A DNA stretch of 45,932 nt from a virus (lineage: Duplodnaviria; Caudoviricetes): positions 1 through 45,932 of IMG/VR virus record IMGVR_UViG_3300038829_000042; one strand, given 5' to 3'. The position numbers were made by a program, and so were the translations under genes. Of the stretch, positions 1 to 8,250 are shown in pieces (the first letter of the stretch is position 1; each line of letters starts with the position of its first letter). Under the pieces are notes generated by a model, which was not told the DNA's origin, searched no databases, and saw only the letters and a list, made by a program, of their open reading frames with translations.

Positions 1-72
1 GGGTACGGGTCCGGGGCCGGGTCAGGGTCCGGGGACGGGTACGGGGCTGGGGACGGGGACGGGTCCGGGTAA
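1..72 (+). CDS. C-terminal part of (Gly-X)n low-complexity peptide (continues from right end of contig)
   Basis: Frame 1 reads GYGSGAGSGSGDGYGAGDGDGSG then TAA at 70-72; same GGG-NNN repeat as 45816-45932. Confidence 0.75.
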   Translation, partial: GYGSGAGSGSGDGYGAGDGDGSG

Positions 73-87
73 TATAAAGGAGGGCGT

Positions 88-276
88 ATGCGCTATTTTC
101 GCTACATGTTTAGCGACAACTTTCTCGGTCTGGACCGGCACGATTCCGGCTACCTCGTGAACCGTAAGCCGGTGGTCACGAAATTCACGCAACCGAGAAA
201 TACGCAACGGGTGAAGGCGGCGAGCACCAGAATGGGGATTCGGTTTCTCAAAAAACTAGACAGGATGGGGCTGTAA
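88..276 (+). CDS. hypothetical protein
   Basis: SD AAGGAGG upstream of ATG; co-oriented early gene. Confidence 0.6.
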   Translation: MRYFRYMFSDNFLGLDRHDSGYLVNRKPVVTKFTQPRNTQRVKAASTRMGIRFLKKLDRMGL

Positions 277-287
277 CAGGAGATTCT

Positions 288-488
288 ATGCCGCAGATAA
301 CGATGGATATTGAGGTGTGGTGTGGTGGATGCGGTGAGGGGATTTGCCATCTCGCCGTAGGACGCCGGAGAACAGGTGCGATCGATGTGAGCCCGTGTGA
401 AATCTGCTTAGAGAAGGCCAAAACTGAGGCATACGATCATGGATTCGATAAGGGGTATAAACAACACGCGGAAGAGGTAGAGCCGTGA
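288..488 (+). CDS. small Zn-binding hypothetical protein
   Basis: SD AGGAG; CGGC...CH...CEIC. Confidence 0.65.
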   Translation: MPQITMDIEVWCGGCGEGICHLAVGRRRTGAIDVSPCEICLEKAKTEAYDHGFDKGYKQHAEEVEP

Positions 489-610
489 TGAGCAAAAAGA
501 TTAAATGTTTCGGTGGCGAGAAGGTGAGACGCCTTGCCACAACCCAAAGCAACAACACCAATAAGGCCAAGGCACTGCTGGAAAAGCTCGCCAAACTGGG
601 GGTGAAATGA
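488..610 (+). CDS. small basic hypothetical protein (40 aa, below ORF-track cutoff)
   Basis: TGATG overlap with upstream gene and ATGA overlap with downstream gene; MSKKIKCFGGEKVRRL...LAKLGVK. Confidence 0.5.
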   Translation: MSKKIKCFGGEKVRRLATTQSNNTNKAKALLEKLAKLGVK

Positions 611-840
611 TGGGACGACCAAAGATCGGATGCGAAACGGGGGAGAGTATCACGATCACAAAACCGTGGGTGGTGCAGCGGATCATCGAGGAGGCCAAAA
701 AGAGCCAGACAAAGCCATCGACCTGGGCAGCGGAGGCGCTTGAAGATTTCATTCTCAAGCATCGCTCGGGGGTGTATGAGGGTGATCGGGCCAGGTTTGA
801 GGCACGAGAGGCGGATCGGACAGCGGACTATTTCTTTTAA
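607..840 (+). CDS. putative ribbon-helix-helix DNA-binding protein
   Basis: GRPK basic arm, short strand SITIT, then two helices (VVQRIIEEAKK / PSTWAAEALEDFI). Confidence 0.45.
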   Translation: MMGRPKIGCETGESITITKPWVVQRIIEEAKKSQTKPSTWAAEALEDFILKHRSGVYEGDRARFEAREADRTADYFF

Positions 841-858
841 CTAAATAGGGGTGTTCTT

Positions 859-1473
859 ATGGATAGCGAGGCGACGGCATTACTAGACGCAGCAAACGCT
901 CTGACGGTTAAAGTGTCGGCGGATCGGCAAAAGGCGGCTGACCTATGGGACGCGATCAGAGCCTTTCGCAAACAGGAAGAGGCGAACAAGGAGACAACCT
1001 GCCGTCCACTTAAGACCGCCTGGGATGAGGCCAAGGTGCCCTTTGATGAGTTTATCAAGAAATGCGAGGCGGCTGAGAAGAAAATGCAGGCAGCCATGAG
1101 CACCTGGGACCGTGAGCAAGACAGGCTCGCACGTGAGGCGCAAGCCAAGATCCAAGCCAAGATTGACGCAGAGAACGCGAAGAAGATCGCCAAGGCAGAA
1201 GAGAAAGGGAAAGACCTATCGGAGGTGGTCTTGAAGGTGGCTCCAGTGGTGCAGGCTCCAGCCAAGTCGATAGAAACCCAAGCCGGGACGACACAGACCC
1301 GTATTACGAAGAAGGTCTACAAACCTAAAGACCTGAAGAGTTTAATGGCGGCGTTCCCGGACCTGTTTGAATTGTCCGTGCCGAAGTTCAATGCTCTGGC
1401 GAAGACCGGGATGCTAGACGGTCGGGCAGATGTGGATATCACGGAAGAGTATATCTATACACAAAGGGGTTGA
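859..1473 (+). CDS. coiled-coil hypothetical protein of phage recombination modules
   Basis: Lys/Glu/Ala-rich helical protein upstream of NTase/exonuclease/Erf; SD AGGGGTG. Confidence 0.7.
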   Translation: MDSEATALLDAANALTVKVSADRQKAADLWDAIRAFRKQEEANKETTCRPLKTAWDEAKVPFDEFIKKCEAAEKKMQAAMSTWDREQDRLAREAQAKIQAKIDAENAKKIAKAEEKGKDLSEVVLKVAPVVQAPAKSIETQAGTTQTRITKKVYKPKDLKSLMAAFPDLFELSVPKFNALAKTGMLDGRADVDITEEYIYTQRG

Positions 1474-1474
1474 A

Positions 1475-2230
1475 ATGAACACGAAACGAGAAGAGTACTT
1501 ATTGCTCAAATACATTGGCCCTGAAGGAATCAAGGGCCTTAGATCCTGCAATGCCATTATTGCCGGTGGAGCGATCACGGCCCTATTTACAGGGCAGAAG
1601 ATCAGAGACTGGGACATCTATTTCAGGAATGCGGCTGATTGTCAGCAGGCCGTGACGTGGTTTGGAATAAATGGGACCTTAGCCAATGAAACGGACACGT
1701 CCAAGAGCTACCATCTCGGCAAGCAGGAGAAGCCGTATCAGTTGATTGTCATGCCTGATCTCTTCGGAGATCCTAAAACCATCTTTAATTACTACGATTT
1801 CACTGTCTGCATGGCAGCGTACCAATTTCGTGAAGACGGCAAAGATGAAGGGTTCGTGTTTGGCGATGACTTCTTTAAGCATATCGGGCAACGGCGCTTA
1901 GTGTTCCATGCCGGCACGATGTTTCCGATCTGCTCGATGTTGCGCGTGATGAAGTACGTCAAGAAAGGGTTTTTCATTACAGGGATGGAACTCCTAAAAA
2001 TCGGACTGTCAATCCACTCCTTGAAGATGGACACCTATGCCGACTTGCGCCGCCAGTTGCAGGGCATTGATACGGCCTTTCTAGCAGACCTAACTGCACA
2101 GATGAAACCGGATGAACCGTTAGGGGTCAAGAAATACATCATGGAAGAATTTATGACCATGATGGAGGATTTTGTCATGAAGCACTATGAGCATTTGGCT
2201 ATACCAGGATCTGGGGAAGGTGAGGAATAG
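1475..2230 (+). CDS. nucleotidyltransferase, CCA-adding/poly(A) polymerase head-like
   Basis: IIAGGAI...RDWDIYF (GG + DxD), YDFTVC (DFT motif), LRVMKYVKKGF; start moved to ATG 1475 after AAGGGG. Confidence 0.75.
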   Translation: MNTKREEYLLLKYIGPEGIKGLRSCNAIIAGGAITALFTGQKIRDWDIYFRNAADCQQAVTWFGINGTLANETDTSKSYHLGKQEKPYQLIVMPDLFGDPKTIFNYYDFTVCMAAYQFREDGKDEGFVFGDDFFKHIGQRRLVFHAGTMFPICSMLRVMKYVKKGFFITGMELLKIGLSIHSLKMDTYADLRRQLQGIDTAFLADLTAQMKPDEPLGVKKYIMEEFMTMMEDFVMKHYEHLAIPGSGEGEE

Positions 2231-2231
2231 A

Positions 2232-2795
2232 ATGCTCAGCGTTGATCGAGACAAGCCACGGCACTACGGCGACGACAAAGGCCGGTACTGGTCGGTTTCG
2301 CAAGTGTGCGATATGGTCTCTGGTGGCTGTGACTACTACGCGCCAGGGGCAGCGGAACGTGGGCAAGACCTGCACGACATCTTCGCCTTGGAGGTCGGAC
2401 ATTACGCCGGACTCTGTGATGCGCCTGAGGTGCCAGGGCACTATGCAGGCTATCACACAGCTATGACCGAGTTCATTGCGTGGGCCAAGCCTGCCCCATC
2501 ATCGATTGAGAAGATCATGAAGCACAAGACCTATCCGTATGCTGGCCGAGCGGACCTTATCGGATCGATCAACGATGAATTTGGGGTGCTGGATCTCAAG
2601 ACGGGCAACCCTGAGACGTGGCATCGGGTGCAGATCCACGGCTATCAAAAGATGCTCGATAAGGCGGCGAAGATGTGGCTTTTGTACGTCGGAGCTGATG
2701 GGAAATTCCAATTTAAGCCAGTGAAGTCAAGCGCGAGAGATTGGGCAGTGTTCCAGAACGGATTATCAATCTTACAGTGGAGGGAGGGCGCGTAA
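2232..2795 (+). CDS. PD-(D/E)xK (Cas4/RecB-like) exonuclease
   Basis: SVSQV, AAERGQDLH, YAGRADLI, VLDLKTG, QIHGY motifs; next to Erf. Confidence 0.85.
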   Translation: MLSVDRDKPRHYGDDKGRYWSVSQVCDMVSGGCDYYAPGAAERGQDLHDIFALEVGHYAGLCDAPEVPGHYAGYHTAMTEFIAWAKPAPSSIEKIMKHKTYPYAGRADLIGSINDEFGVLDLKTGNPETWHRVQIHGYQKMLDKAAKMWLLYVGADGKFQFKPVKSSARDWAVFQNGLSILQWREGA

Positions 2796-2796
2796 C

Positions 2797-3486
2797 ATGC
2801 AAAGCGAAACAGTAACCAGGATCAACGAAGCGATCCTTGCGGCTCAGGCGCAAATGAAGCCGGTCAAGAAGGATCGGAACAACCCGTTCTATGACTCGAA
2901 ATACGCCGATCTCCCGGCTGTCTGGGAGTCGCTTGCGCCGTTCCGTATGCACGGACTGACTATTGTGCAAATGCCAGTTGCATCCGAACCGCATACGGTG
3001 AGCATTGAGACACGCATGACGCACACCTCCGGGGAATGGTACGCCTCTGTGCTGACCTTGCCGCTTGCTAAAAGCGATCCGCAAGGCGTGGGCTCAGCCC
3101 TGACCTACGGACGGCGGTATGGGCTGGCGTGTATGACTGGGCAAGTGACCGAAGAAGACGACGACGGCAACGCAGCATCACAACCTCAATCCAAACCGGC
3201 AGCAGTGCCTACGGCTCGGGCCGCAAACGCCAAGAAGATGCAAGCCTTGCAAACACCGAAGAAGGGCGCAACGAGCGATGCTGCTCCACCCCTCGACTGG
3301 GAGGCGTTTCTCGACTACGCCGGTGACGATCCCGACCGAATGAACGTGATTACCCAGCTCAAAGAGGCGTTAGCAATTGGAATGGTGTCAGACCTGCAAG
3401 GCGAGGCGCGGGTGAGCTTCGTGAGGGAGTTTCAGCAATCCTGCAAAGACACGGGCGTGCCGTGTGAGGAGTGGGTGAAAGCATGA
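2797..3486 (+). CDS. erf: ERF-family single-strand annealing protein
   Basis: KDRNNPFYDSKYADL, HTSGEW, DPQGVGSALTYGRRYGL, EEDDDGN. Confidence 0.92.
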   Translation: MQSETVTRINEAILAAQAQMKPVKKDRNNPFYDSKYADLPAVWESLAPFRMHGLTIVQMPVASEPHTVSIETRMTHTSGEWYASVLTLPLAKSDPQGVGSALTYGRRYGLACMTGQVTEEDDDGNAASQPQSKPAAVPTARAANAKKMQALQTPKKGATSDAAPPLDWEAFLDYAGDDPDRMNVITQLKEALAIGMVSDLQGEARVSFVREFQQSCKDTGVPCEEWVKA

Positions 3487-3875
3487 CGCCTTTTACATTC
3501 GTCCTGCAAATGCAGATCCCAAGCGGCAAGAACGCGGTGCAGATTACCCGCACAGGCAAGCGGTATCCTGGTAAGCGGTTCAAGGCGTGGCGGGATGAGG
3601 CGATGTGGAAGATCCCGTACCCGGTGACTGAATTCTCTGGCCCTGTCTCTATGATCGTGGATTATGTCCCTGGCGATAACATACGCCGGGATGTGCCAGG
3701 GCTGCTCGATGCCCTGTGCCATTTGATCGAGAAAGTTGGGCTAGTGCAGGACGATGCCCAAGTCAAGTCGGTGCGGTGGACGACGTTTCCCGTACAGCCG
3801 AAGCGACCGCGTTGTATCATCTCGCTGGCGGCTTTACCAACCAAAGGAGGCGACCATGAAACGATCAGAACTTAA
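3483..3875 (+). CDS. rusA: RusA-like Holliday junction resolvase
   Basis: IPSGKN, RRDVPGLLDALCHLIEKVGLVQDDAQV. Confidence 0.8.
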   Translation: MTPFTFVLQMQIPSGKNAVQITRTGKRYPGKRFKAWRDEAMWKIPYPVTEFSGPVSMIVDYVPGDNIRRDVPGLLDALCHLIEKVGLVQDDAQVKSVRWTTFPVQPKRPRCIISLAALPTKGGDHETIRT

Positions 3876-4005
3876 CGCCGAAGTACAACGACGAGCCGAG
3901 CAGCAACGTGATACGCATAAAGTGCCAGACATGGAATTGATCGAGTTGACGCTCAGGGTGGACCTGTTGGAGCGGGGGGAGAAGATCGAAGAAGACGAAG
4001 GGTAG
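3856..4005 (+). CDS. hypothetical protein
   Basis: SD AAGGAGG before ATG 3856 (MKRSELNAEV...). Confidence 0.55.
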   Translation: MKRSELNAEVQRRAEQQRDTHKVPDMELIELTLRVDLLERGEKIEEDEG

Positions 4006-4068
4006 CGAAGCACGGCGAGGGGCGGTGTTGGCGGGAACACACAAGGAGCATGAAGGGAGGTGATAGCA

Positions 4069-4176
4069 ATGAGCACAGTGGCATGCAGTCATCCTGTTCG
4101 TATGTCTCAACAGTATGGTGGGTATATTTGTCAATACTGTGGGGCGTACATGCCTCAAGGGGGCGGCGCATCCTAA
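4069..4176 (+). CDS. 35-aa Zn-ribbon microprotein
   Basis: Strong SD GGGAGGTGA; MSTVACSHPVRMSQQYGGYICQYCGAYMPQGGGAS. Confidence 0.6.
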   Translation: MSTVACSHPVRMSQQYGGYICQYCGAYMPQGGGAS

Positions 4177-4253
4177 CCACGCCGTAAGGAGTTGGCGGGC
4201 TGGTACGAGTGGACATCATGAATGGAGAGACCATAAAAAAGGAGACTGACTGT

Positions 4254-4397
4254 ATGACCAATTCAGACTATGCGATTAAACCTATCGGCGAATGGCCCCC
4301 GAAACAGGAGCCCACACTAGAACAGATGAGACGCTGGATAGAAGCCGCGCAGAACGTGCCGACGCGGTGCCCCTGCCCGTGCAAGGAGCGACAATGA
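4254..4397 (+). CDS. hypothetical protein
   Basis: SD AAGGAG; ends CPCPC; ATGA overlap with next gene. Confidence 0.5.
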   Translation: MTNSDYAIKPIGEWPPKQEPTLEQMRRWIEAAQNVPTRCPCPCKERQ

Positions 4398-4810
4398 AAC
4401 AGTATTGGCAGGAACTACGCGAAGCTCTGATCCCCTATTTCAAGGGGCTGGGGTTGTATATGCTAGGGGTTCTCACTGGGGCGCTGGGGATGCTGATGGT
4501 CTGGCATGAGGTCGAGACGAAGCCGAAGCCTCAGTCTGTGCTCTCGGTGAGAATTGGTGATAAAGAATGCCATTGGAAAGAAGAGCAGAAGCGGTCTGAT
4601 CTAGAGACGCAGATTAAAACACTCAACGCCAAGGTTGAGGCCAACTATACGCAGCAGATGCAGCGGCAAAAGGAAGTCCGTTTTAAAACGGAGAAACTAG
4701 AACTGGCGAAACAGGTCCATGACGCGCAGCTCGTGACGGCCCAAGAGGGGGCGGACCATATTCGGAAGATGGCGCAAGAGCTTGGGATCACGAAGATGGT
4801 GATGAAATGA
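4394..4810 (+). CDS. membrane-anchored coiled-coil protein
   Basis: TM segment LGLYMLGVLTGALGMLMVW followed by coiled coil; SD AAGGAG. Confidence 0.65.
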   Translation: MKQYWQELREALIPYFKGLGLYMLGVLTGALGMLMVWHEVETKPKPQSVLSVRIGDKECHWKEEQKRSDLETQIKTLNAKVEANYTQQMQRQKEVRFKTEKLELAKQVHDAQLVTAQEGADHIRKMAQELGITKMVMK

Positions 4811-5073
4811 ATCATTGTACTCCGGTTGAGACTCACGTAGCTAGGAAGAGGACGAGGAATTGCGAGTGGTGCTGGGAGCACATCAAGATTGGTGAGGAGT
4901 ATAAACGGTACAGATTTTATGATGGTGGTCATGCGTACACCGTCTACACACATCCAGAATGTTACGTGGCCATATGCGATATGGCACGCGAAGAAGGTGG
5001 TTGGTGCGAATGGACCGCTGGTATGGAGAGGCCAGCTCCTTTGAGTGTCTCACCACAAGAGGTGACGCCATGA
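4807..5073 (+). CDS. Zn-finger hypothetical protein
   Basis: ARKRTRNCEWCWEHIKIGEEY...HPEC. Confidence 0.7.
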   Translation: MNHCTPVETHVARKRTRNCEWCWEHIKIGEEYKRYRFYDGGHAYTVYTHPECYVAICDMAREEGGWCEWTAGMERPAPLSVSPQEVTP

Positions 5074-5303
5074 TGCCGGTTGAATACGTGAGGCGGCAGC
5101 TCGAACTGAAATGCACGGCGCTCGGATCACAGAAACGATTCAGCCAAAAGCACCATGTCTCATTGCCGTATGTGAATGATGTGCTCAATGGGAGGCGTGA
5201 GCCAGGGGAGAAAATACTGAAGGCGCTCAAGATGAAACGGGTAACAGGGTATGTGTACGTATCGAAAAGGAGGGAGCATGACACGGAGGGAGGAGTTGCT
5301 TAG
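5070..5303 (+). CDS. Cro/XRE-like HTH DNA-binding protein
   Basis: GSQKRFSQKHHVSLPYVNDVLNGRREPGEKILKAL. Confidence 0.75.
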   Translation: MMPVEYVRRQLELKCTALGSQKRFSQKHHVSLPYVNDVLNGRREPGEKILKALKMKRVTGYVYVSKRREHDTEGGVA

Positions 5304-5544
5304 GGTTTCTCGGGTTGCCGTGAATACATTTCAGAACGATATAGACGGACCTTTCGTTCTTCCATCCGGTCATAAGAATGTACTCATACAAAGGATTTAC
5401 GGTGTGCTCCTCCAAGTCGAGCGGGAGGTGTGGGAGTCCGTCATTACACACATCCGGGCGGTGCCGAGTGATCCTCACATGACCTCAACTGGAACCTTGC
5501 TCTTACTGCACAAATGGGCGAGAGAGCAGAAGGAGGCGTTGTGA
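5278..5544 (+). CDS. hypothetical protein
   Basis: SD AGGAGGGAG before ATG 5278. Confidence 0.55.
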   Translation: MTRREELLRVSRVAVNTFQNDIDGPFVLPSGHKNVLIQRIYGVLLQVEREVWESVITHIRAVPSDPHMTSTGTLLLLHKWAREQKEAL

Positions 5545-5687
5545 GTGAGACTGATCCAGAAGAATATCGGTTCAGTAAACTGACTGGAAAATACAAGCAC
5601 TACTGCCTTGAATATGACGGACTTGCGATTGATGAAACATGCGAAGAGTTTAAGTACTGTATCTGCTTTAAGGAGGACAAACCATGA
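5541..5687 (+). CDS. small Cys-rich hypothetical protein (48 aa)
   Basis: GTGA/ATGA overlaps on both sides; LTGKYKHYCLEYDGLAIDETCEEFKYCIC. Confidence 0.55.
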   Translation: MSETDPEEYRFSKLTGKYKHYCLEYDGLAIDETCEEFKYCICFKEDKP

Positions 5688-5935
5688 CCCCCGATGAACT
5701 GAGGGAGCGGTGTGAGAAAGCACTTGACAGTATTATAACCTTTGATCTGCCTACGAATGAGGAAGCAGGGAAGAGGCTTTATGATGGGCAGGCGAAGGAA
5801 CTCGAATCCCTCTGCCGGGAGATGATCGCGGAAGGATTGGAGAGGGCGGCGGTAGAGGTGTCATTCCATGCATACGCGAAGGATCATGCTATCTGGTGCC
5901 GCCAGGAAGCCCAACGGGTGAAGGAGGGAGCATGA
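5684..5935 (+). CDS. hypothetical protein
   Basis: SD AAGGAGG; coupled to neighbours. Confidence 0.6.
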   Translation: MTPDELRERCEKALDSIITFDLPTNEEAGKRLYDGQAKELESLCREMIAEGLERAAVEVSFHAYAKDHAIWCRQEAQRVKEGA

Positions 5936-6111
5936 AATCTAAGCGTAAGATAAAAGTGGGTGATTGGGTAAAATATCGAGAGGGAGGGCCAATGCTCTCC
6001 AATGAGGTTATTGGTGAAGTCGTGCTAGTTGCTGGTTACATAGACCTCTTGGTTGCTGGGAGGGCCGTTACGATTCATTCCGCCGATGTGTTGGAAGTGA
6101 GGGCCCCATGA
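5932..6111 (+). CDS. small SH3/KOW-like hypothetical protein
   Basis: IKVGDWVKY...VIGEVV...ADVLEVR. Confidence 0.55.
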   Translation: MKSKRKIKVGDWVKYREGGPMLSNEVIGEVVLVAGYIDLLVAGRAVTIHSADVLEVRAP

Positions 6112-6449
6112 TACCGAAATCTGTTTCGGGAACATCACTAATCCTCGCACTGGCAGCGGTGCTGGCATGGCCCGTGTTGGGGTGGGCGGGGGAGCCTGAA
6201 CGAATCGGCAACGGGTTGGAGTGCATGATATGGGCAGACGAGAAGACAGGGGTTCACATTGAGGGGAAGGAGTGCAGAAACTTCACAGACTTGTCCTGCT
6301 ATCAGCGGATGCGCGAGGCGATGAAGGCCATGAATGAAGTCAAGAACCATGCGAAGATGGACTATTACGGGATACAGCTGTCATTGACGCATATATGGCT
6401 AGCCGAACACTGGAGACCTGTGATGAAAGACTGCGTGGAGGGCAAGTGA
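6108..6449 (+). CDS. putative secreted protein with 4 Cys
   Basis: Signal-peptide-like N-terminus ending PVLGWA|GE. Confidence 0.6.
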   Translation: MIPKSVSGTSLILALAAVLAWPVLGWAGEPERIGNGLECMIWADEKTGVHIEGKECRNFTDLSCYQRMREAMKAMNEVKNHAKMDYYGIQLSLTHIWLAEHWRPVMKDCVEGK

Positions 6450-6706
6450 TGGCCAAGACGCCTGATAAATGGGAGCGGAAAGCGAATTCCTTCTTTAAGA
6501 ATGAAGGACCGTTCTATGTATGTGAGGTAGCGCAGCTCCTCCGCGCACAACATAGGGCGGTGGTCAGGATGATGCGGAAAGACATCGATACGTACAAGGA
6601 TATTATAGCTAAGACGGATGTCGTGGCTAATGCACATGTGAACGCTCTGGCGAGGTGGGTAGCCGTGCAAAAGATCCTCGATCGCCTCAATAAAGTGGCG
6701 AAGTAA
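6449..6706 (+). CDS. hypothetical protein
   Basis: TGATG overlap; SD GGAGG. Confidence 0.55.
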   Translation: MAKTPDKWERKANSFFKNEGPFYVCEVAQLLRAQHRAVVRMMRKDIDTYKDIIAKTDVVANAHVNALARWVAVQKILDRLNKVAK

Positions 6707-6754
6707 CTACTACTTTGTCATAGATTAGTAGATTTTAGGAGGAGGGGGAATGAT

Positions 6755-6973
6755 ATGGAGACGGCGCACGAAATATTGCCGGAAGGTGAGAGTACGGCGA
6801 AGTGGGCCTTCCGTGAGCCTGGGTTTATGGGGTCGATTAAACAGATACTACTGTGTGCTCGGTGTGGTGGGCCAGCGGCGAAGGGTTGGCATGAGAAAAA
6901 GCACGTCTACCATATGGCTAAGCCGACTTGGCACGCGCTCTGTACAGCATGCTACCAGGCCTTACCTGATTAA
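6755..6973 (+). CDS. Zn-finger hypothetical protein
   Basis: CARC...HALCTAC; SD GGAGGAGGGGG. Confidence 0.55.
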   Translation: METAHEILPEGESTAKWAFREPGFMGSIKQILLCARCGGPAAKGWHEKKHVYHMAKPTWHALCTACYQALPD

Positions 6974-6983
6974 AGGAGGAATC

Positions 6984-7160
6984 GTGAGCCATTATTGCAA
7001 GGAGCATCCACGATATGAAGCGAAGCGGGAGCCGAATAGTATTTGCGGGGCCTGCTGGCAGCTCTATTTCTACAAGAATCCTGAAGCGAAAGAAGTCCTG
7101 AAGCGGACGTATCAGGAGGCGGCAGAGGTGATGCCGGAACGGTTGACAGATGGTGGTTGA
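6984..7160 (+). CDS. small Zn-binding protein
   Basis: SD AAGGAGG then GTG; CKEHPRY...CGACW. Confidence 0.6.
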   Translation: MSHYCKEHPRYEAKREPNSICGACWQLYFYKNPEAKEVLKRTYQEAAEVMPERLTDGG

Positions 7161-7171
7161 TGTGCTGTAGT
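7143..7171 (+). promoter_or_regulatory. putative sigma70 promoter
   Basis: TTGACA-17 nt-TGTAGT. Confidence 0.45.
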
Positions 7172-7184
7172 GAGGATAATTGAG

Positions 7185-7288
7185 GCTGTGGGCTTGCACA
7201 GCAAGGATGTTCCGGCTACTGCGTAAGCGGGGGCCGCAACGGAATGGGTCCTCTTGGTTCTAGCCGACCGGGAGGACCCTTTCTTTTT
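7185..7288 (+). ncRNA. candidate structured small RNA / attenuator leader
   Basis: Hairpin GCTGTG/CACAGC, TTCCG...CGGAA stem enclosing a GTAA-loop hairpin, then terminator hairpin. Confidence 0.4.
7246..7288 (+). terminator. intrinsic terminator
   Basis: GGGTCCTCTTGGT / ACCGGGAGGACCC 13-bp stem (2 G-U) followed by TTTCTTTTT. Confidence 0.75.
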
Positions 7289-7297
7289 GGAGGGGTT

Positions 7298-7453
7298 ATG
7301 CGCGTAGATCAGTTTAAAGAGATGTTGAAGGGAGTCCCTAAAGATTTTGAGATTGAGGTGTACGACAGTGATACAGGGGAATGGGTACAGAACTTTGGTG
7401 GATCTGGATGGATTCGATTTGTTAAAGAACTCCCGGCTGAGGAGTTAGAGTGA
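7298..7453 (+). CDS. hypothetical protein
   Basis: SD GGAGGGG; MRVDQFKEMLKGVPKDFEIEVYD. Confidence 0.6.
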   Translation: MRVDQFKEMLKGVPKDFEIEVYDSDTGEWVQNFGGSGWIRFVKELPAEELE

Positions 7454-8250
7454 TGGCCAAGCCATTCTGGTTTCCATTTTATCCTGGCGATTTTCTAGCA
7501 AGCTCTAAAGTGGCGCTCATGACCACTGAGGAGATCGGTTGTTACTTTTTGCTTCTCTGCCACGCGTGGCAAGACCCCATGTGCTCACTACAAAATGATG
7601 ATGAAATTTTAAAAAAATTATCAAGGTTTTCTGGAAATTTAGACGCCGTTAAAGCATGTTTCACACAAAAGAACGGGCGACTGATCAATAATCGGATGTA
7701 TGGAGAGTGGGTAAAAAGCAAGAAAATACGCAGACTTAAGAGAAAAGCTGGTGTTATGGGGATGATGAAACGCTGGGGTAACATCGAGTTAACACCTGTT
7801 ATAACAGAAGATATAACAAAAAATAACCAATTACAGTCACAGTTACAGTTACAGAAAGAAGAAGAGAAGAAGGGGATGCAAGGGGAAGCGCGATCCGTTC
7901 AGAAACGTTCACGCGCCGCGCTCTGCGATGTGGAGTGGGTGCAGAGTTTGAGAGAGAACCCAGCCTATGCCGGGATTGATATCGATCTGCAGTTCAGGAG
8001 GGCCTCGGTATGGTATCCAGAGCATAACCGCCAGCTGACTCGCCGGGCGTTTGTCAACTGGTTGATTCGGGAGATGGGCAACAAGCCGATGGTAGCAAAT
8101 AAAGATACTTCAACCTGCCAAGAGCGAGTGCAACGAGGGGCGTTTCTGAAACCATGCGGGGAGCCGTCCGTTGTGCAGATTGGGGGGCAACCGCGATGCC
8201 AAACACACAAGGAGGCGTATGAATCACGAATTAGCCGTACAGCCACATGA
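7453..8250 (+). CDS. replication initiator, YdaU/DUF1376-like N-terminus
   Basis: PFWFPFYPGDFLAS...MTTEEIGCYFLLLCHAW; C-terminal RRAFVNWL; directly upstream of DnaB. Confidence 0.8.
   Translation: MAKPFWFPFYPGDFLASSKVALMTTEEIGCYFLLLCHAWQDPMCSLQNDDEILKKLSRFSGNLDAVKACFTQKNGRLINNRMYGEWVKSKKIRRLKRKAGVMGMMKRWGNIELTPVITEDITKNNQLQSQLQLQKEEEKKGMQGEARSVQKRSRAALCDVEWVQSLRENPAYAGIDIDLQFRRASVWYPEHNRQLTRRAFVNWLIREMGNKPMVANKDTSTCQERVQRGAFLKPCGEPSVVQIGGQPRCQTHKEAYESRISRTAT
7779..7854 (+). repeat. iteron-like repeats / putative replication origin inside initiator gene
   Basis: TAAC(A) at 7779, 7790, 7802, 7814, 7824 (10-12 nt spacing) followed by four T(T/C)ACAG units in AT-rich DNA. Confidence 0.5.

Noticed and set aside
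7185-7288. tRNA gene
   Set aside because: No T-loop GTTCRA arm in a cloverleaf with acceptor stem; the structure ends in a terminator
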